Below are positions 9,286 to 18,265 of a stretch of DNA of 25,676 nucleotides, one piece after another. How positions within the stretch are numbered: position 1 is the stretch's first letter; every line of letters starts with the position of its first letter. This DNA is from a virus (Duplodnaviria > Caudoviricetes), in the IMG/VR virus record IMGVR_UViG_3300032277_000070, positions 1-25,676 of that record; one strand, given 5' to 3'. The position numbers and the translations under genes are program-made. Below the pieces are notes generated by a model. The model searched no databases. It had not been told where the DNA came from and saw only the letters and a program-made list of their open reading frames with translations.

Positions 9286-9887
9286 TAGAAGTTAAGTGTC
9301 CATCTGAAAATGAGACTAAAATCACTAGTCTTTATTATATCACTGAAGGTTCTATAGGCTACAAGGAGGGGTCTGTCTGCGGATATATTACCTGTAGGGT
9401 TCTTCATCAACAAGCCAACCTCGTTGATACTCATATCATTACCGCCTCTTTGAATTCCATTACAAGCTTCTTCATCAATAACAAGTGTATATCGAACAGA
9501 ACTATCTTTAATTCTAGTTCTCTTATTTGCTGGGATTTGAGCGGCGGCTAATGTTGTATAAGTGTTATTTGTTATTTGGTCTTTAACTGCAATAAATAAA
9601 TTGCTTCCTGCTCCATACTCATCCTCAGTACAAGGACCAGATAACTGATAAATAGCACTAGTAGCTCCTCCAGTAGGGGGACCTGAAACACCAACCTGGA
9701 ATCTGTCGATCTGATAATCTAAAACACTGTTTGACCCAGACCCAGTAAACATGTAACTTAAACCTACACCCATGCCAGAGACGATAATATTGTGATCATC
9801 AAATACAACTTCTTCTTGACCGTCATTATATTGCTTAATGATGGTCAAGTGTCCATTAATACCTAGTTCTTCTGTAAAATTTTTCAT
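9285..9887 (-). CDS. Tail collar / fibre-anchor-like baseplate protein (about 200 aa)
   Basis: Pattern HNIIVSGMG...FQVGVSG...INEVGLL...LLVAYRTFSDIIKTSDFSLIFRWTLNF resembles tail-collar-fibre type N-terminal domains. Start revised from 9905 to ATG 9887 (MKNFTEE), which gives an ATGA overlap with the upstream stop at 9884..9886. Confidence 0.6.
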   Translation of the reverse strand: MKNFTEELGINGHLTIIKQYNDGQEEVVFDDHNIIVSGMGVGLSYMFTGSGSNSVLDYQIDRFQVGVSGPPTGGATSAIYQLSGPCTEDEYGAGSNLFIAVKDQITNNTYTTLAAAQIPANKRTRIKDSSVRYTLVIDEEACNGIQRGGNDMSINEVGLLMKNPTGNISADRPLLVAYRTFSDIIKTSDFSLIFRWTLNF

Positions 9888-11038
9888 AGGAAGTGTAATC
9901 TCCACTTAATAGTTAGGTCTGTATGGTTATCGAAGCCAGGAGTAGCTCCATCATCATTTATATAACACAGGTTTTTGCTTAATCCCTTTCTAGCAAACAG
10001 TTTATATTTCCTAGGGTTATTTAGTACACTGAACGCAAATGGAGGAGTATTTCCATTTAGAAGAGACTCTTTCATATCAATTGTCCAAAGACCTAAATGA
10101 TAAATCCCTCCATACAGGTTTACAGTTGCTAAATCTCCCCCTGCTAACATAACGCTATACTCTACTGTGCCTGAGTTAGTTGCATCAATTCCCCCTGAAA
10201 CGCATAAGCCACTAGCCCCCGAACTCATAGCATATCCTGTAGTGGTTCCTGGACTCCCTGACATTACCATATTAACAAAGCCAGAAACATCCATAGAACT
10301 AACTTCATTAAAAAATCCGTATGTCTTATTGCCAACATCCCGCTGAGTGAAATCCTCTCCCAACATAACTCTAGAGGTAGCCCTATCCATATCACCCCCA
10401 GTCGAACTTCCTATTGGGAAAGCACCTAACACACTTTGTGCTAGTCCTAAAGAAGATGGATAATATTGAGTAGATCCGTCATATTCAGTAGAGGAGAACA
10501 CACTCGCCTCCATCATTCCACTTCCAATTGAGGAGGGTAAAAAATTAACATGTTGTCCATTTCCAGGAAAAACACTGCTGACTGCAACATCTACCCCAGA
10601 CCCCGCAAAAGTAGCAGCGACACTTGTATTGTGTTCCAATACTCTTGAAGTTGGGTTCGGCCATTCAGGGAGTCCTGCATCAGGAATATAGGAGCTACCA
10701 TCAACTTCATTTTGTATTCCAGTCGTTACAGGACCAGTCCGATATCCTGCGGCGAGAGTCTCAAATTTATCAACAAGATATTCAATTTTACCAGCATTTA
10801 GATATTGAGCATTTCTAGTTGATTTATTAAACGCATCTGAACCTGTTCCAAACGATATAGCTTGAATAGTATAATTAGAAGAATCTAGAATAGAGGAGGT
10901 TGCGTGGTCTTCAACAGCAGATAGCGAAGGAGATACTGTCATGATCTCGGCTAATAGCTCCCCTGCCCCATCCACTAACATGTTGGGTTCTGTATAAAGG
11001 AGTGAGTCTCCTTGCCAAATTTCTACTTCGCCTCTCAT
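9884..11038 (-). CDS. Tail collar / fibre-anchor-like baseplate protein, longer paralogue of the downstream gene
   Basis: 384 aa. GEVEI...NMLVDGAGELL...YTIQAISFGTG...IYHLGLW...KLFARK...DLTIKWRLHF parallels the motifs of 9285..9887. TAATG overlap upstream. Confidence 0.6.
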   Translation of the reverse strand: MRGEVEIWQGDSLLYTEPNMLVDGAGELLAEIMTVSPSLSAVEDHATSSILDSSNYTIQAISFGTGSDAFNKSTRNAQYLNAGKIEYLVDKFETLAAGYRTGPVTTGIQNEVDGSSYIPDAGLPEWPNPTSRVLEHNTSVAATFAGSGVDVAVSSVFPGNGQHVNFLPSSIGSGMMEASVFSSTEYDGSTQYYPSSLGLAQSVLGAFPIGSSTGGDMDRATSRVMLGEDFTQRDVGNKTYGFFNEVSSMDVSGFVNMVMSGSPGTTTGYAMSSGASGLCVSGGIDATNSGTVEYSVMLAGGDLATVNLYGGIYHLGLWTIDMKESLLNGNTPPFAFSVLNNPRKYKLFARKGLSKNLCYINDDGATPGFDNHTDLTIKWRLHFL

Positions 11039-14000
11039 TAGTTATCAAACTCCACATTTGTATAGTTTTCGAAATTCGTTACTTTCGTAACCCCAGGAGT
11101 CCAATCGGGATGTGTTCTATAATTCAATCTACTACCACCGCTAAGTTCCAAGGTTCCTGAAGTAATTGTTGCATCTCTTGATGCTAAATTAGTAGCGTAA
11201 ACTCCTGTACCTTGTCCTATCAATCCATTATAGAACTTTAAAATAGTAATAAGTTGATCTTCGTTTAAGTAAAGCTTATCTTCTTTAGCAAAGGGTCGAT
11301 GAGGGATACCACTTGTCTCGATCCCATACCCCGTTCCAACGGCTGAGTTTTCCCTTTGGGTAAGGTCCTGAAGCTCTATAGAATCAATTAGGAGATACTT
11401 ATCAGGGTTATCGTTGGGAACAAAGAAGACTTCGACAGTGTAGTTTGTGTCATCTCTGTTGACCTGCTCAGTGATTTTGTAGTCTTTTTCCTCAATTGGA
11501 ATAACATCAAGATATTCAGAGTTATTATGAATAGTAAAGTTTCTAGTATCAAATTCTATTTCAAAGTTTTCAAAATAATTAGATTTTAGGTTACTTAGAG
11601 TTTTGTTATTTATTCCTAACTTAGACAAAGAGTTACCTATACAAACATCATCATTAGGTATGTTAAGTTCAAACTTATACCTGTGACATAAAGAATTTTT
11701 AACAATGGGGATGGAAATCCTGCTTTGATCAATAACTTCCCACTTCTGGTTAGGGGTCCAACTCCAAATAATTCCGTCTACGGGTTGAGTATGAATCCAT
11801 ACTCCTAGATAACCCCCTCCTAACACAGGAGAGTTTTCCTCGGCTACTAAAGCTTTAATGTTTAATTTAAACTTATGATCCTTAATGAAGTAGTTTCTTC
11901 TAGCCCCGTAAGCTGAAAGATCAAATCTCATCCTCGGAAGAGCCCCTACTGATTTACACTTAATGACTGTATTATTAATTAAAACATTTTCCATGCCTTT
12001 GACAGCAGTAGAAGGATCTAATTTAAAAATAGTAAATTGGTTGGTTCTCGGGGCTCCTGATATATCGCAGAACTCAATTCCACTTAGAATCGCTGGGTTT
12101 CTCCAATCTGCGTTAAACGCATTCCCTTCTACCCAAGAACCTGACAAGGGAATGACTGCCTCTGCTGGGGTGTATGCGCTGAAGGTGCCGTTGCCATCTT
12201 CATTCCAAACATTAGTTATATTAATAGCACTAGCACTATCGACAGTTGGAGCAATCATATTCCCTACAGCAGATCCAGCGATATCAAAATCACAATTAAA
12301 TAAGCCTTTGCCAAACACTTGAGCAATAATATTGCCTCCAGTTTTAGTAACCTCATTTAACCCAAGAGGATGCTTTGCAAAATATTTACAATAGTCACGG
12401 TGAGTTCGTTGAATTCCAGAACCAAATTTAAAGTTCTCATAATCAGCAAAGGAGTTTAAAACAAACCCATCTGCAATAGAAATATTTGCCAAACTAGTTA
12501 TAGGCTCCTTCCAATAACTGTCAGAAATCATACTGGGGGTCGGGATAGGGGTTGGTGAAGGCATAATTACATTAGCTTCTACATACTCACCTTTAACTAT
12601 CTGAGTACCCCAAATATGGAAGTTTCTTTTGGTAACTGGAGTCCAAGGATCAGGGACACAATCAAAATCCATAATTATAAAATCGCAAAAAGGATTTCTC
12701 TTTATTTTAACTTTAAGTTCATACCAGTCCAGAGTGGCGGTTCCAGAAGGCATCTTAGTAAATGAAACTTGTGAGTCTCCAAAAAGAGCGTAAAAGTCGG
12801 AAGGTTTATGGGGGGATTCCGGCGGTATCGTGTATGTGCCCGTGTCTAGTCTTATGTCTAGCCAGATGCCCGTGGACTCACCTATAGGATCTTTATCATC
12901 TTTGCCCTCGTCATCATAATCCCAGTCTATTACACGGCAACGTACCCTTACTTCATCATCTGCCGCCGCTGTCCCATCTCCCAAAGCCATACAAGTTCTA
13001 AATGTGTAATAATCGTCATTATTATCAACCTGATTCTCCTCGGGGGTCAACCCACCGTCTGGGGCGCTTCCTGGTATGTCAGTTTGAATAACTCCGAACG
13101 AGCGGGGGAAATATACTTCAATTAAATCCCCTGTAGTTGTACCATCGGGAGCGATAGCATTATTGAGGGTCCCTGTAGCCTTGTCGTTCGGGTAATGATA
13201 CCAAGAATACCCACTAATACTTAGAGATTCGATTAGAATGTTATCTTTCTCATCTGCTAAGTACTGACTTACGGTTGGTATTGCGGAATAAGTATTTACT
13301 TCTTCTCCTGCCTTACTAAATGTAATCCCAGCATTATGTCTAGCCTTCGCCTCATAAAGTTCATGCATAACCCCGTAAATCTTCGGAGTTTGCCCTCTAT
13401 CAACATATCTCGCTGTAGCAGAAGATACCTCTAGTCTCTTATTATTTGAACCTAACGTATGTAAACCCCTATAAGGGAATGTCGCGCTTGTATCAATTCC
13501 AGAGAAGGTATTTGTAGAGTTTAACTTCTCACAGTCCTCCCAAACTCCTGTAGGATCAACGGGGTCGCAGACAGGGTGGAACTTTCCAGCAGACGCAACG
13601 TAACCGAGTGTAAGCTCTCCAAGAGAAGAGACGAAGGATGGCTCAAACGTCGAGGGATCGTAGCTTACAGGGCCGTTGAAGCCCGTCCTGTCGTAGTATC
13701 CCTCAAGGGGTAGGAGGTACTTGAGATTTCGCCTTCTCAAAGCTCTTCGTGGGACGGATCCCAAGTCTACAACAGCATTTACTCCACTTAATAGGCTGTC
13801 AGTGATCTGATCAGCGTGAGGGCGTTTGAAAGTGTTAGACCCATTTCGACCTGCACTAGAATCTAGGTTCGCATCACCTCCCCCACTATCAAAGCACATG
13901 GCTGCGCCACTCCACTCAAAGTTGCCTAAAACAGAAGCAGAAGTATACAAAGCCCTTGTATCATCTTTATCTAACCCTAAGTAAGAAAAAGGGCTACCTG

Positions 14001-16209
14001 AAATATCGAATATCGGCTCAGAGGCACTCCCTGTAAGGTTTACCCTAGTAATCGCATGTCCAGGAGCAAACTCTCTAATCACCCTAGATGCTTCAAAAAG
14101 TGCATACTTGCCATCACCCTCTAAAGTAGTTTTTGAAAAATCAAAATCAGTATCTTTAAAGTTAATAAATAGGTGAGAAGATTTTCCATTCCATAGGTTT
14201 AGAAGGTTCTTCTCATAATCTGAGGTACTAAGCATCACATCATTAAAGTTCGGGGGAACTTGGACCGAGCTAAACAACATTAGCATCTCGTTTAAAGATC
14301 CTAAATCTGTTTCATCTGTGACTGCGCCACTAAGAATGTACTCACCTACCTCGTCTGCAAAACTATCCTTTACATTAAAACACTTTAGCCTCTCTACTAA
14401 AAAGGATACCATGTCTGCGGTGACAGTGCAGTCTCTATAATATCTAACCGTGTCAAAAGGGGGGACAGGATAGTTAACTTTTTCCCTATAACTAAATAAG
14501 AAGTTTAAATCTCCTGTGGGTTTCAAGTATACAGGTCTGCTACCGTCAGTAGGGGGTTCTAACCCTGCCATATACACCCCCCAACCTAAAGGTCCTAACC
14601 CTGTCGCGGCCTCGAATGCTAAACTTTCTCCAAATAGTTTAGCATCCTGCTTTCTAGCCAGATACCCATTACTATCCTCTGTATCAAAATGAAAAGGCTT
14701 CATTTGAGGATCACCAATAATAGTATAAGTATCTTCTTCACACCCACGAATATCTAAATTTTTAAGAGTAGGGGGATTAAATTTTTGCCCATGAAAAGTG
14801 AAGTTTTCAGGGAAAGCTTTGTATAGATCAAAGAGGATAGAGTCTACAACCATCTTTAAATTTTCTTCTAAGCTACTAGTGCTATAAGAATATACTCCAG
14901 CTTCTTCTGCCCTACCAAGGGTCCAAGTAGTTAAGTCTTTAAACTCTGGGGATTCGGTTCCTAGAGCGTACCAAATAAGGAAAGGAAGATATGATTCCCA
15001 AAGCTCTTCAACTTTCCCCGATAAATCAAATACTGAGTCGGTAATTAAAGCATTTATTGCTACTTGGATCGAGCGTAGAGTGCCTTTGGATTTGTATAGG
15101 TCCATAGCTATGCGAAGCTGATGTCTCCACTTAGACGCTGAATTCCCTCTGAGCTTAAATCCGATTAAGTCTGCAATGTAGATTAAATGTTCAGCTTTGA
15201 CGTTTTCAATGTCATAAATTAACTCAATGTTCTCTATCTGATCACTTATATCAGCGGTACTGTATCCTAATAAATTTAAGAACTTTCTGTATGGACCTTT
15301 TGGGGATCTATTATCTAATTGTATATTGGCATCTATGTAGCTAGTAAATGCATCTTTAACAGTGTAGTCTTGCTCGTCTATGTATAAGGGAGAATACACA
15401 ACATCCACTAAGGTTTGCAGAGCCTCCAGTTTCTGGGTTCCACTTGTGTAGGTGGGTAATACTCCCGAACTGGAATCTACAATACCGTCCGCTACTCCTG
15501 AAACAAAATCAGCAGGAATATAGGAACCAAAAGAGCAAGTCTCGTTATTTCTCCACAAGTACTCTACTAAACCTTTAATACCATCAATAGTCTCTAAGGA
15601 ATTACCTAGAAAAAGACTATTTAAAGAATCTAAAACAAAACTTGAAGGGGAGTAGCTTAATCCTCCATCGGCAGAAGTATTTAAGAAATACATCCATCCC
15701 AAAGCATCAACTAAGTAATTATGAACACTACTAGGATCAGTGCTATTAGTTAAAGAGGATAATGTAGTGATGTTAGCGTTTAGCTGATTCTGAACTCCCG
15801 CAGCGGGAATTATCATAGGAAGGAGGGTTCCTGATAGGTAGGTATTAAATTCTGCGCTTGTATCGAAATTGGCTAAGGTCGAACTTAAAGGAAGTAGGAT
15901 CTTGCTTTCGAAATCAAAAGGACTGATATTTGTCAGTCTGTTTTGTTTTACGAAGTACTGAGCGATTCCCGTTATACTATTTAAAGTACTCGTTTGGGTA
16001 TTTTGAACAGCGGATAAGGGGATCACCGTACTGATGTTATTTGCAACATTCAGGTGAGAGTTAATGACCTGAGATAAGGGGTTTACCTCAGTACCACTAA
16101 GTTTCAAATCCTCCGTCTGATATATTTCAGGAGTAATAATCTCAATAAGTTCTACAAGATTTGTCTTGGAGTACTTTCTAGGATTAGGAGAATATTTATT
16201 ATCGGCCAT
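11038..16209 (-). CDS. Large baseplate wedge protein, T4 gp7 / P2 gpI-like, with additional domains
   Basis: 1723 aa, directly after gp6. Contains IYDIENVKAEHLIYIADLIGFKL...WRHQLRIAMDLYKSKGTLRSIQVAINAL (about 15046..15230), the YxxKGT core typical of gpI/gp7 proteins, and later VIREFAPGHA, resembling the closing P-A-H/G motif. Confidence 0.75.
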   Translation of the reverse strand: MADNKYSPNPRKYSKTNLVELIEIITPEIYQTEDLKLSGTEVNPLSQVINSHLNVANNISTVIPLSAVQNTQTSTLNSITGIAQYFVKQNRLTNISPFDFESKILLPLSSTLANFDTSAEFNTYLSGTLLPMIIPAAGVQNQLNANITTLSSLTNSTDPSSVHNYLVDALGWMYFLNTSADGGLSYSPSSFVLDSLNSLFLGNSLETIDGIKGLVEYLWRNNETCSFGSYIPADFVSGVADGIVDSSSGVLPTYTSGTQKLEALQTLVDVVYSPLYIDEQDYTVKDAFTSYIDANIQLDNRSPKGPYRKFLNLLGYSTADISDQIENIELIYDIENVKAEHLIYIADLIGFKLRGNSASKWRHQLRIAMDLYKSKGTLRSIQVAINALITDSVFDLSGKVEELWESYLPFLIWYALGTESPEFKDLTTWTLGRAEEAGVYSYSTSSLEENLKMVVDSILFDLYKAFPENFTFHGQKFNPPTLKNLDIRGCEEDTYTIIGDPQMKPFHFDTEDSNGYLARKQDAKLFGESLAFEAATGLGPLGWGVYMAGLEPPTDGSRPVYLKPTGDLNFLFSYREKVNYPVPPFDTVRYYRDCTVTADMVSFLVERLKCFNVKDSFADEVGEYILSGAVTDETDLGSLNEMLMLFSSVQVPPNFNDVMLSTSDYEKNLLNLWNGKSSHLFINFKDTDFDFSKTTLEGDGKYALFEASRVIREFAPGHAITRVNLTGSASEPIFDISGSPFSYLGLDKDDTRALYTSASVLGNFEWSGAAMCFDSGGGDANLDSSAGRNGSNTFKRPHADQITDSLLSGVNAVVDLGSVPRRALRRRNLKYLLPLEGYYDRTGFNGPVSYDPSTFEPSFVSSLGELTLGYVASAGKFHPVCDPVDPTGVWEDCEKLNSTNTFSGIDTSATFPYRGLHTLGSNNKRLEVSSATARYVDRGQTPKIYGVMHELYEAKARHNAGITFSKAGEEVNTYSAIPTVSQYLADEKDNILIESLSISGYSWYHYPNDKATGTLNNAIAPDGTTTGDLIEVYFPRSFGVIQTDIPGSAPDGGLTPEENQVDNNDDYYTFRTCMALGDGTAAADDEVRVRCRVIDWDYDDEGKDDKDPIGESTGIWLDIRLDTGTYTIPPESPHKPSDFYALFGDSQVSFTKMPSGTATLDWYELKVKIKRNPFCDFIIMDFDCVPDPWTPVTKRNFHIWGTQIVKGEYVEANVIMPSPTPIPTPSMISDSYWKEPITSLANISIADGFVLNSFADYENFKFGSGIQRTHRDYCKYFAKHPLGLNEVTKTGGNIIAQVFGKGLFNCDFDIAGSAVGNMIAPTVDSASAINITNVWNEDGNGTFSAYTPAEAVIPLSGSWVEGNAFNADWRNPAILSGIEFCDISGAPRTNQFTIFKLDPSTAVKGMENVLINNTVIKCKSVGALPRMRFDLSAYGARRNYFIKDHKFKLNIKALVAEENSPVLGGGYLGVWIHTQPVDGIIWSWTPNQKWEVIDQSRISIPIVKNSLCHRYKFELNIPNDDVCIGNSLSKLGINNKTLSNLKSNYFENFEIEFDTRNFTIHNNSEYLDVIPIEEKDYKITEQVNRDDTNYTVEVFFVPNDNPDKYLLIDSIELQDLTQRENSAVGTGYGIETSGIPHRPFAKEDKLYLNEDQLITILKFYNGLIGQGTGVYATNLASRDATITSGTLELSGGSRLNYRTHPDWTPGVTKVTNFENYTNVEFDN

Positions 16210-17804
16210 TACTCTAGTAATTCTACATTAATTGTTAAATTATTCAACTGAATAATCTCATTGAAATCTAACGTAACATCTTGTTTTACATTATCAATAG
16301 TAGAATATCGAATTTCTTCAACTTCGAAGATCTGTCTATTTATTTCTGCTACGCTAAAGGCTTCACCAAAGGTTCTATTATCAACATTCATATAGGTTAG
16401 GATCTTGTCCCTTACCTTGGCTTGGATTTGAGCTTGGTTTTCTTCGTCTGCTTGATCAATTCTAATCGTTGTAACTAAGTCTAAAGTTCTAATTAAACCA
16501 TCAACGATAACAACATCGTCGGTAGCCATCTTTTTCTTACTAATAGCAGTTAGTAATTCAGTCTTAAAGTTAGAGGTAGCTCTTTGAAGTTGGTAATCCG
16601 AAGCTTTTTCTAGGACATAAATGTCAATAACATTGGCAGAGGAATAAGCTTGACGGACAGCGGCGTTAGCCTTGCCTACCGTCCCAAACGTACTAATGAA
16701 TGTATTGGCAAATACTGCGTAATCTTCTAAGGTTACTAACCTATCTTGTCGCCTGAATTCTAATGGGGCATACTTCTTAGCATGATCCACAGTCTCCGCA
16801 TTAGCTCCACCCGTTGCTTTTGAATTATTTGTAATAGATACCGTCTGATCGAGCACTCCATTAATCTTTGCGTTGATACTTGTATTAATGGAGTTCTTTT
16901 CTATGTTTCCTCGGGATCCCCCACCAATTCTATAAAATACGGTATAAGAGGCTGTATCTTCTGGGGAGATACCAACACTTCCATCACCAAAAACAATGGT
17001 TCCGTTATAATCATCATCGTAAACCATTTCAAATATTTTATCAGACGATCCAGAGGCGAAGTAAATATTTGGGACTTCCGTATAAGCACCTTTCATAGAA
17101 CTGAGATCGGCAGTAATATAAACCTGAACACTTCCCTCTACAATGGGTCCTTGTGTTAAGTTTATGGTTTTAACAGCTTCTGTCGCTGCAAAGCTACCTG
17201 TATCCTTAACGAGAGCCCCTTCCTGTAGAACTAGATTTTCAAATACTTTTTTATCCGCACCTAAAGCTTCAGAGGGCTCAAATCTAAGATCACCAGTAGT
17301 GTTAACTGTGTCTACTAACCCATTAACAACCTTATATAAAGTAAAGGTAAGCGCTCCTCCGTCTTGAGGGGAGACAGTCTCTATAACACGGTCAGCAGCA
17401 GCAATTGTCATATTTCCTGTACCTGTAACTGAAAGTTCTGTTGTAGCCTTTGCATCTGCTGCTGAGGATAAGGGGCCTTTCATGCTAATGCCAATTAGTT
17501 GCAAAAGCTTTTTAACACTAGATCTTTGGTTAGCCGTAACCAAGAAGTTCTCATTAGCAAGCATGTCTGCTTTCATGGACATAACAGAACCCATGTAAGC
17601 TATAAGGTCAATAAACATCATACCTAGATCAGATTCAACAAAATACTGATAATCTAAAGGATAGACAGCTTTGGAATAATCAATCAAAGAATCTCTTAAA
17701 GTTAAGAAATCCGTTGCAGCAAAATTAACAAGCGAAGGTCTTTTGTTAACAGGTATGTTTGCTAACTTCATAAAGTCCGATGCTATAGTTCCTGAAAAGT
17801 TCAT
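16209..17804 (-). CDS. gp6: Baseplate wedge subunit, T4 gp6 / baseplate J-like
   Basis: 531 aa. DFLTLRDSLIDY...ESDLGMMFIDLIAY...DMLANENFLVTANQRSSV, IVFGDGSVG and GGANAETVDHAKKYAPLEFRRQDRLVTLEDY are characteristic gp6-family motifs. Follows gp25. Confidence 0.92.
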   Translation of the reverse strand: MNFSGTIASDFMKLANIPVNKRPSLVNFAATDFLTLRDSLIDYSKAVYPLDYQYFVESDLGMMFIDLIAYMGSVMSMKADMLANENFLVTANQRSSVKKLLQLIGISMKGPLSSAADAKATTELSVTGTGNMTIAAADRVIETVSPQDGGALTFTLYKVVNGLVDTVNTTGDLRFEPSEALGADKKVFENLVLQEGALVKDTGSFAATEAVKTINLTQGPIVEGSVQVYITADLSSMKGAYTEVPNIYFASGSSDKIFEMVYDDDYNGTIVFGDGSVGISPEDTASYTVFYRIGGGSRGNIEKNSINTSINAKINGVLDQTVSITNNSKATGGANAETVDHAKKYAPLEFRRQDRLVTLEDYAVFANTFISTFGTVGKANAAVRQAYSSANVIDIYVLEKASDYQLQRATSNFKTELLTAISKKKMATDDVVIVDGLIRTLDLVTTIRIDQADEENQAQIQAKVRDKILTYMNVDNRTFGEAFSVAEINRQIFEVEEIRYSTIDNVKQDVTLDFNEIIQLNNLTINVELLE

Positions 17805-18265
17805 GATATGTTTACCTCAACATCAAAAATTTTTAAATCGTCAGTATCCAACACTAAAGATAGAACTACCTTTAAAGAGTTTCCCCCTGACGGTCCCAAT
17901 GGTCCCATAGGGAAAACGGATAATTTGACTACATCAGCACCTCGAATATATTTTTCAAAGGAGTATAAAATTTCTCTTTTGATACTCTCAAAGGTAGTCT
18001 CAGTTAAGGGTTGAAATAAATACTTACGAAGGTTGCATCCGAAGTTTGGAAGCATAATACGCTCACCTCTTTCCGTCAAAAGTAATTGGCGAACCGCATC
18101 CTTAATCATATTAACGCCTGTTTTCCTTGAAAAAATCCCCCCGTCAGGAGATGACCCTAAAGGGAATCCCAAACCAAAAACTTCTCTTCTCTTAGAAGTA
18201 GGTCCTTCAGTTATGTATCTAGGAGATTTTCTTCCGTATACAGTTACAGTTTGATTAGCAGCCAT
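17801..18265 (-). CDS. gp25: Baseplate wedge / sheath initiator, GPW/gp25 family
   Basis: 154 aa with IKDAVRQLLLTERGERIMLPNFGCNLRKYLFQP, the LLTxxGERxxxPxFG signature of the gp25/gpW family. Confidence 0.95.
   Translation of the reverse strand: MAANQTVTVYGRKSPRYITEGPTSKRREVFGLGFPLGSSPDGGIFSRKTGVNMIKDAVRQLLLTERGERIMLPNFGCNLRKYLFQPLTETTFESIKREILYSFEKYIRGADVVKLSVFPMGPLGPSGGNSLKVVLSLVLDTDDLKIFDVEVNIS

Noticed and set aside
11038-16209. Intein, intron or DGR target explaining the large gp7-like gene
   Set aside because: No intein splice-junction or homing-endonuclease motifs recognised (the His-Asn near 13335 is followed by Ala), the frame is uninterrupted, and I saw no template/variable repeat pair or reverse transcriptase.
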